64,000 bases of DNA. Origin: Candidatus Krumholzibacteriia bacterium (GTDB taxonomy: Bacteria > Krumholzibacteriota > Krumholzibacteriia > Krumholzibacteriales > Krumholzibacteriaceae). Position numbers and translations under genes: made by a program. Every line of letters starts with the position of its first letter. Positions within the stretch are counted from its first letter, which is position 1. Of the stretch, positions 1 to 10,018 are shown piece by piece. The stretch spans positions 1,024,001 to 1,088,000 of the forward strand of contig CAWIIQ010000001.1 of the NCBI GenBank assembly GCA_963836185.1, in the 5' to 3' direction. The notes beneath the pieces were generated by a model. That model did not search any database. It saw only the letters and a program-made list of their open reading frames with translations, and had not been told where the DNA came from.

Positions 1-981
1 TCTAATTTTGTTCGGATGCTTCTGGGGCGGAAGAGCGCGATGAAGGTAGTCGTTCTCGACAAGCTTACCTATGCGGGGAATCTCAACAACCTTGCAGGCC
101 TTGAGAAAGACAGGCGCCTGAAGTTTATCAAGGGAGATATCTGCAACGCGAAGCTCCTCGAGAAGATACTCCCGGGGACTGATATTATATACAACTTCGC
201 CGCTGAGACTCACGTTGACAGGTCGATACTGGAGGCAGGCAGTTTCGTCAGGACCGATGTCGTCGGCACGTACACGCTTCTCCAAAAGACGCTCGAGTAC
301 AAGGTGCCCCGGTTCATTCAGGTATCGACAGACGAGGTCTACGGCAGTGTACTCAAGGGCTCGTTCCGTGAGACGGATCCGATCAAGCCGAACAGCCCGT
401 ATTCGGCAAGCAAGGCCGGGGCCGATATGCTTGTCAGGGCGTTTCACAAGACGTACGGACTGCCGGCGCTGATCACGAGGAGCTCAAACAACTACGGGCC
501 TTACCAGCATCCTGAAAAGTTCGTCCCTCTTTTCACGACTAACGCGATAGAAGGAATGCCCCTGCCTCTTTACGGCGATGGAAAGAATGTCCGGGACTGG
601 ATATACGTCGATGATAACTGCAGGGCGATCGATCTGGTGGGAAGGAAAGGAAAGGTCGGTGAGGTCTATAATATCGGCGCGGGAGACGAGAAGACCAATA
701 TCTATATTGCCCGGAAGATCGTCGAGCTCACCGGGGCAGATCCTTCGCTCCTTACTCTCGTCTCAGACAGGCCGGGCCATGACAGGCGCTATTCCGTGGC
801 GACCAGGAAGATCAAGGCGCTGGGATGGACCAAGAAAACAAAGTTCGATGAAGGAATGAAAAAGACCGTGCGGTGGTACAGCCAGAACGAGGACTGGTGG
901 CGCCCGGTGCGCAAAGGAAGCTTCAGAAAATATTACAGCAAGATGTATTCTGGCAAGATCAAGGAAGGCAGGAAGGTTTGA
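1..981 (+). CDS. rfbB: dTDP-glucose 4,6-dehydratase (5'-truncated by window edge)
   Basis: Motifs DKLTYAGN, FAAETHVDRSI, STDEVYG, YSASK, NNYGPYQHPEK, DRPGHDRRY. Frame is open from base 1 (SNFVRML) and the GGAGFIG motif is absent, so the start lies upstream. Confidence 0.95.
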   Translation, partial: SNFVRMLLGRKSAMKVVVLDKLTYAGNLNNLAGLEKDRRLKFIKGDICNAKLLEKILPGTDIIYNFAAETHVDRSILEAGSFVRTDVVGTYTLLQKTLEYKVPRFIQVSTDEVYGSVLKGSFRETDPIKPNSPYSASKAGADMLVRAFHKTYGLPALITRSSNNYGPYQHPEKFVPLFTTNAIEGMPLPLYGDGKNVRDWIYVDDNCRAIDLVGRKGKVGEVYNIGAGDEKTNIYIARKIVELTGADPSLLTLVSDRPGHDRRYSVATRKIKALGWTKKTKFDEGMKKTVRWYSQNEDWWRPVRKGSFRKYYSKMYSGKIKEGRKV

Positions 982-2066
982 AAGCAATATTAGTCGTGGG
1001 TGCGAGGCCCAACTTCATGAAAGCTGCGCCGTTGATGCGCGAATTCGCCAGCCGCGACAATATCGAAGCCCGCCTGGTGCATACGGGGCAGCACTATGAT
1101 GAGAATATGTCGAAGATATTCTTCGAGGATCTCGAGCTTCCCGAACCCGACATATATCTCGGTATAGGATCAGGCAGCCACGCGGAACAGACAGCCCGCG
1201 TTATGGTCGAATTCGAGAAGGTCGTCCTTGAAGACCGCCCCGACGTGATAATCGTTGTGGGCGACGTCAACTCGACCATTGCATGCTCTATCGTCGGCTC
1301 GAAGCTGTGGATACCTGTCGCCCATGTCGAGTCCGGCCTGCGGAGCTTCGATCTCGCGATGCCGGAAGAGATAAACAGGATGGTCACCGATATCCTCTCA
1401 CGCTTCTGTTTCACGACTTCTCCGGAGGCGGAGACCAACCTTAAGAAAGAGGGAGTCGGTGAAGAGAGGATCTTCTTCGTCGGCAATATAATGATCGATT
1501 CGCTTATGAATTTCGTAGACAAGGCAGACGGTTCTCATATCCTCGAGCGGCTGGGACTTGTCGAAAAAGGCTATATGCTCGTTACGCTTCACAGGCCGTC
1601 GAACGTCGATGATCCTGATGAACTGCGCGAGCTTTTCTCGATGCTCTCCAGGCTGGCGGAACGGATGCCGGTCGTGCTGCCCATACATCCGCGGACCAGG
1701 AAGATGCTTGAATCGGCTGATCCTCCCATCGCCCTCTCCGAGCATATCAATCTGATCGATCCGGTAGGATACCTCGAATTCGTCGGCATGATGAAATCGG
1801 CAGGTATCGTTGTGACTGATTCAGGCGGGATCCAGGAGGAGACTACTGTCCTCGGGGTACCGTGCGTCACCGTTCGCGAAAACACAGAACGTCCGATCAC
1901 GATCGAGGTAGGAACGAACATCCTCGCCGGAACCGACCCCGCCAGGGTCGAGGCCGCTGTCAACGGTATCCTCGACAACGGCATAGGGGATCATTCCCTT
2001 CCTCCGTTGTGGGACGGGAAGACCGCCGGCAGGATAGCCGATATACTCGTGAGGCATTTCTCCTGA
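978..2066 (+). CDS. wecB: UDP-N-acetylglucosamine 2-epimerase (non-hydrolysing)
   Basis: VVGARPNFMK, HTGQHYD, HVESGLRS, MPEEINR, TDSGGIQEE. TTG start at 978 overlaps the rfbB stop. Confidence 0.95.
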   Translation: MKAILVVGARPNFMKAAPLMREFASRDNIEARLVHTGQHYDENMSKIFFEDLELPEPDIYLGIGSGSHAEQTARVMVEFEKVVLEDRPDVIIVVGDVNSTIACSIVGSKLWIPVAHVESGLRSFDLAMPEEINRMVTDILSRFCFTTSPEAETNLKKEGVGEERIFFVGNIMIDSLMNFVDKADGSHILERLGLVEKGYMLVTLHRPSNVDDPDELRELFSMLSRLAERMPVVLPIHPRTRKMLESADPPIALSEHINLIDPVGYLEFVGMMKSAGIVVTDSGGIQEETTVLGVPCVTVRENTERPITIEVGTNILAGTDPARVEAAVNGILDNGIGDHSLPPLWDGKTAGRIADILVRHFS

Positions 2067-2078
2067 TCCCGTTATCAG

Positions 2079-3614
2079 ATGAACGAGAAACAGACGGATA
2101 ACTCCGATCTCCGGGACAATCGCGAAAGTGGCGGGGAATCTCTTGCTTCGGGTTATTTCTGGACCTTCGGTTCGACGGCTCTTCCTCTTGCAAGCGCCTT
2201 TATCGTATCGCTGATAGTCGCGAGGACGATGGGGCCGCGCGCAGTCGGCCTGATAAACCTGACGATGGCCGTAGCTACGATCTTCCTGATCATCGCGAAA
2301 TTCGGTGTCGATGGAGCAGGATCGAGGCTTGCCTCTGAATATGCCGTTTCCTCACCTGTATTGATCCGTCCGCTCGTGAAGTCAGCGTTCCTGCTGCGAC
2401 TGGCATTTACACTTCCGGTATCCATCGGTGCTTTTCTGCTGGCGCCGGCGATCGCTTCGATCTACAGCGATCCCGAGCTGGAGCCGCTCTTCCGGCTCGG
2501 GGGACTGGTAATACTCTCGGTAAGCTTTAACGAGCTGGCTGCGCTTATAGTACTGGGCCTCAAGAAGTTCAAGATCCTTTTCGCAATGCGAGCGGTAATG
2601 TTCGCTGTCAGGGTCGGCCTGGTTATAGCGGCCGCAGCCCTTGCGCTCGGAGCGTCCGGCGTTATCTGGGCCTACATCACAGCGGCCGCGGTGACTGCCG
2701 CCCTTGTGTTTATCTATCTGTCGGCGGGAGAAAAGGCCGATGCCTCTCCGGAGCGCCTCAGCCATATGAGGTCCAGGCTCTGGCGCCTGAGCCTGACGCT
2801 CGCTGTCAGCGGAGCGTCGGTAACGATATATTCGATGCTCGACAAGATCATGCTCGGCTATTTCAGGGACGCTGTCGATGTCGGCATCTACTCCATGGCG
2901 AGAAATCTCCTGGAGACCTCGCTCTTTCCGATGTTCGCGCTCGTGATGACGCTCAGACCCGCTCTTGCCGGTGCATGGGCAACGGGCGACAGGCAGCGCT
3001 GCAGCGACATGGTAAACAGATCGCTCACCGCCGCGTTCGCATATTCCGCATGTGTCGCTACCGTATTCGCCTGCCTGGCAGGGCCCCTGGTGACTGGACT
3101 GTTTTCCGACAAGTTCGAGGCATCGGCAGGAATACTGGTGTTGTTCATACCGCTGCTCGTGATGCGCAGCATTGGGTCTGTGATACTTCCAGGGCTGATC
3201 GCCGCGAATAAAGCAGGTACCTACGCAAAGCTGACAGTGTTGGGAGCGATCCTCAATTTCATCCTGAATGCTTTGCTGATACCGCGCTGGGGAGCGCAGG
3301 GCGCCGTGATATCGACACTGCTTTCCTATATGCCGATCGAGATCCTCGGCCTAACGGCAGTCTCCCGCGAGATCGGCGGCCTCCGCAGAAAAGGCGATAT
3401 TTCCCGTGCGGTCAGGATCGCCTCGGCAGCGGTGCTTATCTGGGTGATATATACGAGATATGTCCCCGCGCCGTCGAGCCTGCCGGTCACTATGGTTCAC
3501 GCGGCGGTACTCTCCGCTGTATTCCTGTCCATCCTTATCGCCTTGAAAGCTGTTAAGAAGAGCGATCTGCTCGAACTCCTCGGACCGATGCTTCGTATAT
3601 TCAAAACCCGTTGA
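2079..3614 (+). CDS. Wzx/MurJ-like polysaccharide flippase
   Basis: About 12-14 hydrophobic segments; DKIMLG...VGIYS and LN..LIPRWGAQGA motifs; lies in a sugar-nucleotide cluster. Confidence 0.85.
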   Translation: MNEKQTDNSDLRDNRESGGESLASGYFWTFGSTALPLASAFIVSLIVARTMGPRAVGLINLTMAVATIFLIIAKFGVDGAGSRLASEYAVSSPVLIRPLVKSAFLLRLAFTLPVSIGAFLLAPAIASIYSDPELEPLFRLGGLVILSVSFNELAALIVLGLKKFKILFAMRAVMFAVRVGLVIAAAALALGASGVIWAYITAAAVTAALVFIYLSAGEKADASPERLSHMRSRLWRLSLTLAVSGASVTIYSMLDKIMLGYFRDAVDVGIYSMARNLLETSLFPMFALVMTLRPALAGAWATGDRQRCSDMVNRSLTAAFAYSACVATVFACLAGPLVTGLFSDKFEASAGILVLFIPLLVMRSIGSVILPGLIAANKAGTYAKLTVLGAILNFILNALLIPRWGAQGAVISTLLSYMPIEILGLTAVSREIGGLRRKGDISRAVRIASAAVLIWVIYTRYVPAPSSLPVTMVHAAVLSAVFLSILIALKAVKKSDLLELLGPMLRIFKTR

Positions 3615-3719
3615 TAATAAGGCAATAACAAGACCGGCAATGTCGGGCCGAGTAGCCGAGAGATGCCAACTCGTCCTTGACAAGGGGTACGGCATAAACG
3701 ATTCTTAACCGTAACATCC

Positions 3720-4844
3720 GTGGAAGGCGGCGTCTTGACGGCTATAGATTATTTAGTAACATTCGCCATATCGCTCATCCTGGGCCTGATCCTCACGCCG
3801 ATGGCTATCGGGATGGCAGTGCGATGGCGGATCGCCGAGAAACCGAACGGGCGCACCGGGAGGGGGGAGATCGCTCACATCGGCGGTGTCGCGATCATCG
3901 GGGCGATCATCTTTTCCTTGATTCCCGTCTTTCTCTTTTTCCTGCCGCATCACCCGGTCAACAGAGCGTTTCTGCCTGTGATCATTGCGAGCGGTTTCCT
4001 GATCTTCCTGCTCGGGATTATCGATGATCTGAGATCCCTGCATTATCTGTACAAACTTTTCTTTCAGATAACCGTTTCGATCTTCGTGGCGGCCGGCGGG
4101 CTGGGGCTTCTTGAACACTTCGGTCTTGTTGACCTGTCTATATCCACGGCGGTGATCGCGTCGATACTGACCGCCTTCTGGATGCTTACTATAACGACAT
4201 CGTTCAATCTGATCGACGGGCTAGACGGGCTTGCCTCGGGCGTTGCCGTCATATGCGCCTCTGCTTTCGCGGCCGCCGGTCTGTTGACGGGCCTGCCGAT
4301 GGTAGCCGCGCTCTCTCTTGCTGTGCTCGGAGCGGCTCTGGCCTTTCTCAGGTACAATTTTCCGCCCGCGAGAATATTCATGGGTGATTCGGGCAGTCTC
4401 TTCTTCGGTCTGATGTTCGGCCTGATATCCCTTCTTCTGGTAGTGCCGGGTGAGAAGGTCCTCATGCGTGCCCTGGGAGGTGTGATCATCCTGAGCCTTC
4501 CCCTGCTCGATACCGGGCTGGCCTTTATAAGGAGGATTATCAGCGGAAGGCCTCCTTTCGAGGCTGATCACATGCATATTCATCACATCCTCCTTTTCGG
4601 CTGCGGCTCTGCGAGGAAGGTCGACCTTATGCTCTGGTCTCTCTCAGTTGTCTTCGGGTTGCTGGGCGTTCTGACGATCCTTGGCCATACCGCTGCCCTC
4701 GCGGCCGCAGGAGTCCTCGAACTCGTGATCTTTGTCCTCGCCCTGCGAAGGATGGTCACGTTCGACATGTCCAGGGAGAAGGCCGAACGGATACTCTCAG
4801 AGTGCGGCGTCTCCACCTCCAGTATGGCCGTACACAACGACTGA
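3720..4844 (+). CDS. Undecaprenyl-phosphate GlcNAc-1-phosphate transferase (WecA/TagO, GT4/MraY family)
   Basis: GIIDD, NLIDGLDGL, NFPPARIFMGDSGS, DHMHIHH motifs. Confidence 0.9.
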   Translation: MEGGVLTAIDYLVTFAISLILGLILTPMAIGMAVRWRIAEKPNGRTGRGEIAHIGGVAIIGAIIFSLIPVFLFFLPHHPVNRAFLPVIIASGFLIFLLGIIDDLRSLHYLYKLFFQITVSIFVAAGGLGLLEHFGLVDLSISTAVIASILTAFWMLTITTSFNLIDGLDGLASGVAVICASAFAAAGLLTGLPMVAALSLAVLGAALAFLRYNFPPARIFMGDSGSLFFGLMFGLISLLLVVPGEKVLMRALGGVIILSLPLLDTGLAFIRRIISGRPPFEADHMHIHHILLFGCGSARKVDLMLWSLSVVFGLLGVLTILGHTAALAAAGVLELVIFVLALRRMVTFDMSREKAERILSECGVSTSSMAVHND

Positions 4845-4937
4845 TCTTATCCCCGTTGAGTTTTCCCGCTCTTTACACGATAATCTCCTTGTGATAGATT
4901 CTTTCGCGACACAGGGAGCGTTATTCCATACACTTCG

Positions 4938-5861
4938 ATGGAACAGGTCAGAATGCCGAAGCCGGCGATAATCAAGGTAGCAGGAAAAGCGGATCCCGCC
5001 TCGAAGGTGAGTACGGCGTCGGCGCTGGAGTCACTCAGGGAGGCCTCGGGGAACGTCGAGTTCTCCGATTACTCGGAAGAGGGTTCCAGAAGCCGGCAGG
5101 TTACTGATACACCGGCTCTCCTCGGGCTTGTGTCGAGGGGACGTGCTGATATAGCCGTGATCGAAGCTGGCGAGCTGCCGTTGAAGTTCAGCGGCAAACT
5201 CGAGATAGGCGCGGTGCTGCAGAGAGGGAATCCGTTCAATGTTATCATATCGAACGAGGATATGATCCTTGACGATCTTCCAGCCGGTATCTCGATAGCC
5301 GTAGGGGACCCGGCGCTGAAAGGTCAGCTTCTCGGCTACCGTGACGATATCGATCTCGTCGACCGCGACGAGGATTTCGCCGGGCTCAGGGAGTTACTCG
5401 ACAGGGGAGTGATCGGGGGGTTCGTCGCACGGGCCTGGGAAGTCGAGCTTCTCGGCAGGCAGGATGAAGTGGTGGAAGTGTTCACGTCTTCTATCTGTAT
5501 GCCGCCGGCCGGCCAGGGCGCGGTAGTGCTGATCATCCGCAGCGGGGATAAGAATGCGGCCGCGGCAGTCCGGAAGATCAACCATCCCGCCAGTCTTGCC
5601 GAGATCGTCCTGGAGAGGACGCTTCTGGGTGCTATGTCAAAGGATGGGAAGGGTGGTCTAGGAGTCCTCGCGGAGTTCGATGAGGACGAATTCAGACTGA
5701 GCGCGGTGATCGTATCTCCCGACGGCTCGAGAAAGATAGTCTCGGAGATGCAGGGTTGGCCGGGAGATGAGCTGAAGGTAGTCAGATCGCTCGTCGAAGA
5801 CCTTTTCGAGAAGGGCGGCGGAGAGATCATGGAGATGTACAGAAATATTCCGGAGGAATGA
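4938..5861 (+). CDS. Hydroxymethylbilane synthase (HemC)-fold protein, catalytically degenerate
   Basis: Keeps HemC layout (ADIAV..LP, PPAGQGA, ER..L, G..L...L...GG.EI) but lacks TRxS, HSxKD, SSLRR, RGN and the cofactor Cys. Confidence 0.7.
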   Translation: MEQVRMPKPAIIKVAGKADPASKVSTASALESLREASGNVEFSDYSEEGSRSRQVTDTPALLGLVSRGRADIAVIEAGELPLKFSGKLEIGAVLQRGNPFNVIISNEDMILDDLPAGISIAVGDPALKGQLLGYRDDIDLVDRDEDFAGLRELLDRGVIGGFVARAWEVELLGRQDEVVEVFTSSICMPPAGQGAVVLIIRSGDKNAAAAVRKINHPASLAEIVLERTLLGAMSKDGKGGLGVLAEFDEDEFRLSAVIVSPDGSRKIVSEMQGWPGDELKVVRSLVEDLFEKGGGEIMEMYRNIPEE

Positions 5862-5868
5862 CGGGTCG

Positions 5869-7140
5869 ATGCTCGACAGAAAACTGATCAGAAAAGATCC
5901 TGAAAAGGTAAAGAAGGGCGTGGTCGCGAAAGGCGTCGATTACGACATCGATGGATTGCTCGAACTCGATGGCAGAATGCGTGACCTGATCCAGGAGACC
6001 GAGAAACTCAAGCACAGGAGAAACACGGTATCGAAGGAGATCTCCTCCCTCAAGAAGGAAGGTGCCGATGCATCGTCCCTGATGGCTGAGATGAAGGAAA
6101 ACTCCAACCGGATCAGGGAGATCGACCACGAACTGAAAGAAATAGAAGAAAAGATCGTTGAACTCGAGAATGGTATCCCCAACCTTCCTCATGAATCGGT
6201 TCCGTTCGGAACATGCGATGCCGATAATCCAGAGGTAAGGCGATGGGGCGAGATACCCGAGCAGCCCGGGGAGATCCTTGTCCACGAAGAGATTGGGGAG
6301 AAACTCGGGATCCTCGACATGTCGGCGGGTGCGCTGATTTCCGGCAGGGGTTTTGTCGTCCTCAGGGGCGATGGCGCCAGGCTCTCGAGGGCGCTGGTTT
6401 CTTTGATGCTCGACATACACCGGGAGCAGGGATACGAGGAACTGGCAGTTCCCTATCTCGTCAACAGAGAATCGATGACGGGTACGGGCCAGCTGCCGAA
6501 GATGGCGGAGGACATGTATCATTGCGAGAAGGACGATCTTTATCTCATCCCGACCGCCGAGGTCCCGGTGACGAATATATACCGCGATGCAATGCTCGAC
6601 GGCGGTTCACTTCCACTCAAGGCTACGGCGTTCAGCCCGTGCTTCCGCAGGGAAGCGGGGAGCTACGGGCAGGAGACGAAGGGGCTTATCAGGGTGCACC
6701 AGTTCGACAAGGTCGAGATGGTCAGGTGGACACTGCCGGAGAAGTCGTACGAGGAGCTCGAGATCCTTCTAGGCGACGCGTGTGCCGTCCTCGAGGTGCT
6801 CGAGCTTCCATACAGGGTGATCGAGCTGTGCAGCGGCGACCTCAGTTTCTCCGCGGCAAAATGTTACGATATCGAGACATGGGCGCCCGGTTCCGACAGG
6901 TGGCTCGAGGTCTCGTCGTGCAGCAATTTTGAGGATTTCCAGGCGAGAAGAGCCAGGATAAGGTTTAAAAGGGAGAAGGGAGCGAAGCCGGAGTTTGTGC
7001 ACACGCTCAACGGTTCCGGACTCGCTCTGCCGAGGATCATAGTCACGATCCTCGAGCTGAACCAGACCCCGACAGGTAAGGTAAGGATACCGAAAGCACT
7101 GGTCCCCTACATGGGAGGACAGGAGTACATTGAAGCGTAG
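5869..7140 (+). CDS. serS: Serine--tRNA ligase
   Basis: N-terminal coiled coil; GTGQLPK, LIPTAEVP, FRREAG, RVHQFDKVE, EVSSCSN, TLNGSGLA. Confidence 0.98.
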   Translation: MLDRKLIRKDPEKVKKGVVAKGVDYDIDGLLELDGRMRDLIQETEKLKHRRNTVSKEISSLKKEGADASSLMAEMKENSNRIREIDHELKEIEEKIVELENGIPNLPHESVPFGTCDADNPEVRRWGEIPEQPGEILVHEEIGEKLGILDMSAGALISGRGFVVLRGDGARLSRALVSLMLDIHREQGYEELAVPYLVNRESMTGTGQLPKMAEDMYHCEKDDLYLIPTAEVPVTNIYRDAMLDGGSLPLKATAFSPCFRREAGSYGQETKGLIRVHQFDKVEMVRWTLPEKSYEELEILLGDACAVLEVLELPYRVIELCSGDLSFSAAKCYDIETWAPGSDRWLEVSSCSNFEDFQARRARIRFKREKGAKPEFVHTLNGSGLALPRIIVTILELNQTPTGKVRIPKALVPYMGGQEYIEA

Positions 7141-8386
7141 GCCCGCGCTGAGGATTCCGGGAAATCTGCCATTTCTCCTCAGGATCTACTTCATCGCCGG
7201 TACGGTCATACTCGTTACCGGCGCTCTCTGGTACAACAACAGCCTCATAACGAGGATGAAGGCACAGTCCGAGGATACGACCAGGCTCTTTTCCGAGTTC
7301 ATCGCCATCGCGCTGAAAGATGTCAGCGAGGAATCGAGCCAGGACTTCATCAGGGAGGTCCGCGGCGCGATAACGCTTCCCTTTGTCCTGAGCGATCGCT
7401 CCGGCCGGCCGGTCGTGTGGAGCGGCATCGGGATCGATATGCTTGCCGATGACGAGTACAGAAGGGTGATCGACTTCGATCCGCAGCGACCTGACGATCC
7501 GCTGCTCGAGAAGGTACAGAGCACAGCGAAGGAATTCGATCGTATCAACGACCCGATCAGTGTCGAATCGGAACTTCTCTCCCTCGTGATCCATTACGGT
7601 CCGTCTAAATTGAGCAGGGAGCTGCGTATCGCGCCGTTCGTACAGTTCGGGGTGTTTATAATCTTCATCGTCATCGGCCTGTTCGGCCTGCGCGCCGTCA
7701 AGATAGGGGAAAAGAGATCGATATGGGTCGGGATGGCTAAAGAGACCGCGCACCAGCTGGGTACGCCATTATCGTCGATTATGGGCTGGCTCGCGATCAT
7801 CCGCCAGAAGGCCTCCGAGGAGGGATGCTCCACGGCTCTCGACGGCCCGGTGGACGAGGCATCGGCTGACGTGGAAAGACTGAGCAGGATCTCCGCGCGG
7901 TTCAGCAAGATCGGATCGGCGACTCCACTCGAGTACCAGAGGATCGCTCCGATAATCGAGGAGACGGTCGATTACTTCGAGCGCCGCAGGCCCGCGCTGA
8001 AGATCAATTCGACGATTGAGATCGATGTCGAGGAACTGCCGCTGATCCGGTGCAGCACCGATCTTCTCGGATGGGTATTCGAGAATCTTATAAAAAACTC
8101 GCTAGATGCGATTGCGGGAGACAGCGGAAAGATAAATATTGCCGGCAGGGTCGACCGCGGCGACCGGGCCGTCGTGATCCTTTTCAGCGACAACGGGAAG
8201 GGTATGACCTCGGGGATGAAGAAGAAGGTATTTGATCCCGGCTTTACGACGAAGAGCAGAGGCTGGGGCCTGGGACTGGCTCTTGTAAAGAGGATAGTAG
8301 AGGATATTCATGGAGGATCGATAAAGGTCGCGGCTACGCATCCGGGAGAGGGAACGACATTCCAGATCGTGTTCCCGGTAGATTGA
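7130..8386 (+). CDS. Membrane sensor histidine kinase (PorY-like partner of the PorX-type regulator)
   Basis: Two TM segments; H-box WVGMAKETAHQLGTPLSS, N-box ENLIKNSLDA, G boxes DNGKG, PGFTTK..GWGLGL. Confidence 0.88.
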   Translation: MKRRPALRIPGNLPFLLRIYFIAGTVILVTGALWYNNSLITRMKAQSEDTTRLFSEFIAIALKDVSEESSQDFIREVRGAITLPFVLSDRSGRPVVWSGIGIDMLADDEYRRVIDFDPQRPDDPLLEKVQSTAKEFDRINDPISVESELLSLVIHYGPSKLSRELRIAPFVQFGVFIIFIVIGLFGLRAVKIGEKRSIWVGMAKETAHQLGTPLSSIMGWLAIIRQKASEEGCSTALDGPVDEASADVERLSRISARFSKIGSATPLEYQRIAPIIEETVDYFERRRPALKINSTIEIDVEELPLIRCSTDLLGWVFENLIKNSLDAIAGDSGKINIAGRVDRGDRAVVILFSDNGKGMTSGMKKKVFDPGFTTKSRGWGLGLALVKRIVEDIHGGSIKVAATHPGEGTTFQIVFPVD

Positions 8387-8412
8387 CAGGATCCCTGGAA
8401 AGGCACTAAAAA

Positions 8413-9963
8413 TTGAAAGCCAAGAAGATAATCTGGGTAGATGACGAGATAGACCTTCTGCGCTCGCACATGATCTTCCTCGAGGGGAAGGGTTACGAGA
8501 TGAAGGGCGTATCGAGCGGCGAAGAGGCGGTCAGGGTCCTGTCCGCCGAGCCATTCGACCTCGTGCTGCTCGATGAGACTATGCCAGGCAAGACCGGTCT
8601 TGAGACGTTGCAGGAGATCAAGGAGATATCCGCGAACATCCCCGTCATCATGATCACGAAGAACGAGGCTGAGGGCCTGATGAACCAGGCCATCGGCATG
8701 AAGATAGACGATTACCTGCTCAAGCCGATCAATCCTCTGCAGATATTCTCGGCGGTCAAAAGGGTGCTTGAGGCGCACAGCATCCAGGAGGGAGCGGCCT
8801 CGAAGGACTACCTCCAGGTCTTCAGAAGGATAGACGACCAGGTCTCGCAGCGCCCGGACTGGAAGCAGTGGGCCCAGATACAACAGGAGTTGTGTCAGTG
8901 GGACCTCGAATTCGACCGTTTCGGCGGAACCGGCATGGACCAGATACACAACGACATGAAGAAGAAATGCAATGTCGAATTCGCCCACTTTATCGAGGAT
9001 AACTATTCCTCATGGCTTCACGGCGGCGATGGGCCGACGCTGAGTGTCGATGTGTTCAAGAAATATGTCTTTCCGCATCTCAACGCGAAAAAGAAGGTCT
9101 ACTTCTTTGTGATAGACTGCATGAGATACGATCAGTGGCTCACTATTGAGGATATCATAGCTCCCTTCTTCAACATCACAAGGGATGTGTACTACTCGAT
9201 ACTTCCTACGGCGACCCCTTACTCGCGCAACTCGATCTTCTCGGGGCTTTATCCCGCTGATATCCAGAAGCGCCATCCCGAACTCTGGCTGGAACGCTCG
9301 AAGGACGAGTTCAGCAAGAACAGGTATGAGGACAGGCTGATGGAAGAGCAGGTGAAGCGCGCGAGAATGAGCCACCTGAAGACTAAGTACGCGAAGATCT
9401 ACAACGCTGAAGAAGCAAACGATATACACAGACAGGTCGACTCGTACGGTGATCTCGACCTCGTCGCCATGGTCTTCAATTTCCTCGATATTCTCGCTCA
9501 CGGCAGGAGCCAGAGTGACATCCTCCAGGAGATAGCCCCAGACGAGGGCGCGTTCAGGTCGCTGATGAGATCGTGGTTCAGCCATTCGGCCCTGCTGGAG
9601 ATCCTCCGGAAGATATCGAGGCTCGGCGCCACCGTCGTCATAACAACCGATCACGGTGCGGTCCTGGGACAGAAAGCGAGCCTCGTGCACGGAAACAGGG
9701 AGACATCGACAAACCTGAGGTACAAGTTCGGCGAGAACATAAACGGGGATCCGAAGCAGACCCTTCTCATAAGGAATCCGTCGGACTTCAGGCTGCCCTC
9801 CGAGAGCCCGTCGAAGAACTATATACTCGCGCGCGAGAACTATTACTTCGTCTATCCGACCCGGTTTCACGAGTATGAGAAGCAGTATCAGGACACCTTC
9901 CAGCACGGCGGCATCTCGCTCGAGGAGATGATAATCCCGTGCATGACGCTGACCCCGCGATAA
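8413..9963 (+). CDS. porX: PorX-type response regulator (receiver + PglZ/alkaline-phosphatase-like domain)
   Basis: REC motifs WVDDEID, LDETMPG, ITKNE; PglZ motifs IDCMRYDQW, SILPTATPYSRNSIFSG, TTDHG, TFQHGGISLEEM; followed by tsaE as in Bacteroidota. Confidence 0.85.
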   Translation: MKAKKIIWVDDEIDLLRSHMIFLEGKGYEMKGVSSGEEAVRVLSAEPFDLVLLDETMPGKTGLETLQEIKEISANIPVIMITKNEAEGLMNQAIGMKIDDYLLKPINPLQIFSAVKRVLEAHSIQEGAASKDYLQVFRRIDDQVSQRPDWKQWAQIQQELCQWDLEFDRFGGTGMDQIHNDMKKKCNVEFAHFIEDNYSSWLHGGDGPTLSVDVFKKYVFPHLNAKKKVYFFVIDCMRYDQWLTIEDIIAPFFNITRDVYYSILPTATPYSRNSIFSGLYPADIQKRHPELWLERSKDEFSKNRYEDRLMEEQVKRARMSHLKTKYAKIYNAEEANDIHRQVDSYGDLDLVAMVFNFLDILAHGRSQSDILQEIAPDEGAFRSLMRSWFSHSALLEILRKISRLGATVVITTDHGAVLGQKASLVHGNRETSTNLRYKFGENINGDPKQTLLIRNPSDFRLPSESPSKNYILARENYYFVYPTRFHEYEKQYQDTFQHGGISLEEMIIPCMTLTPR

Positions 9964-10018
9964 CACGTGATGTTATTGCTGGCGGCGTTTCCGCCAGTCG
10001 GGTAAAATCCATAACGAT

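Noticed and set aside
8413-9963. PglZ domain as evidence of a BREX system
   Set aside because: It is fused to a receiver domain and paired with a kinase and tsaE (PorX type), and there are no brx genes.
9980-9998. Hairpin CTGGCGG-CGTTT-CCGCCAG between porX and tsaE
   Set aside because: Short stem with no U-tract; not enough to call a terminator or RNA element.
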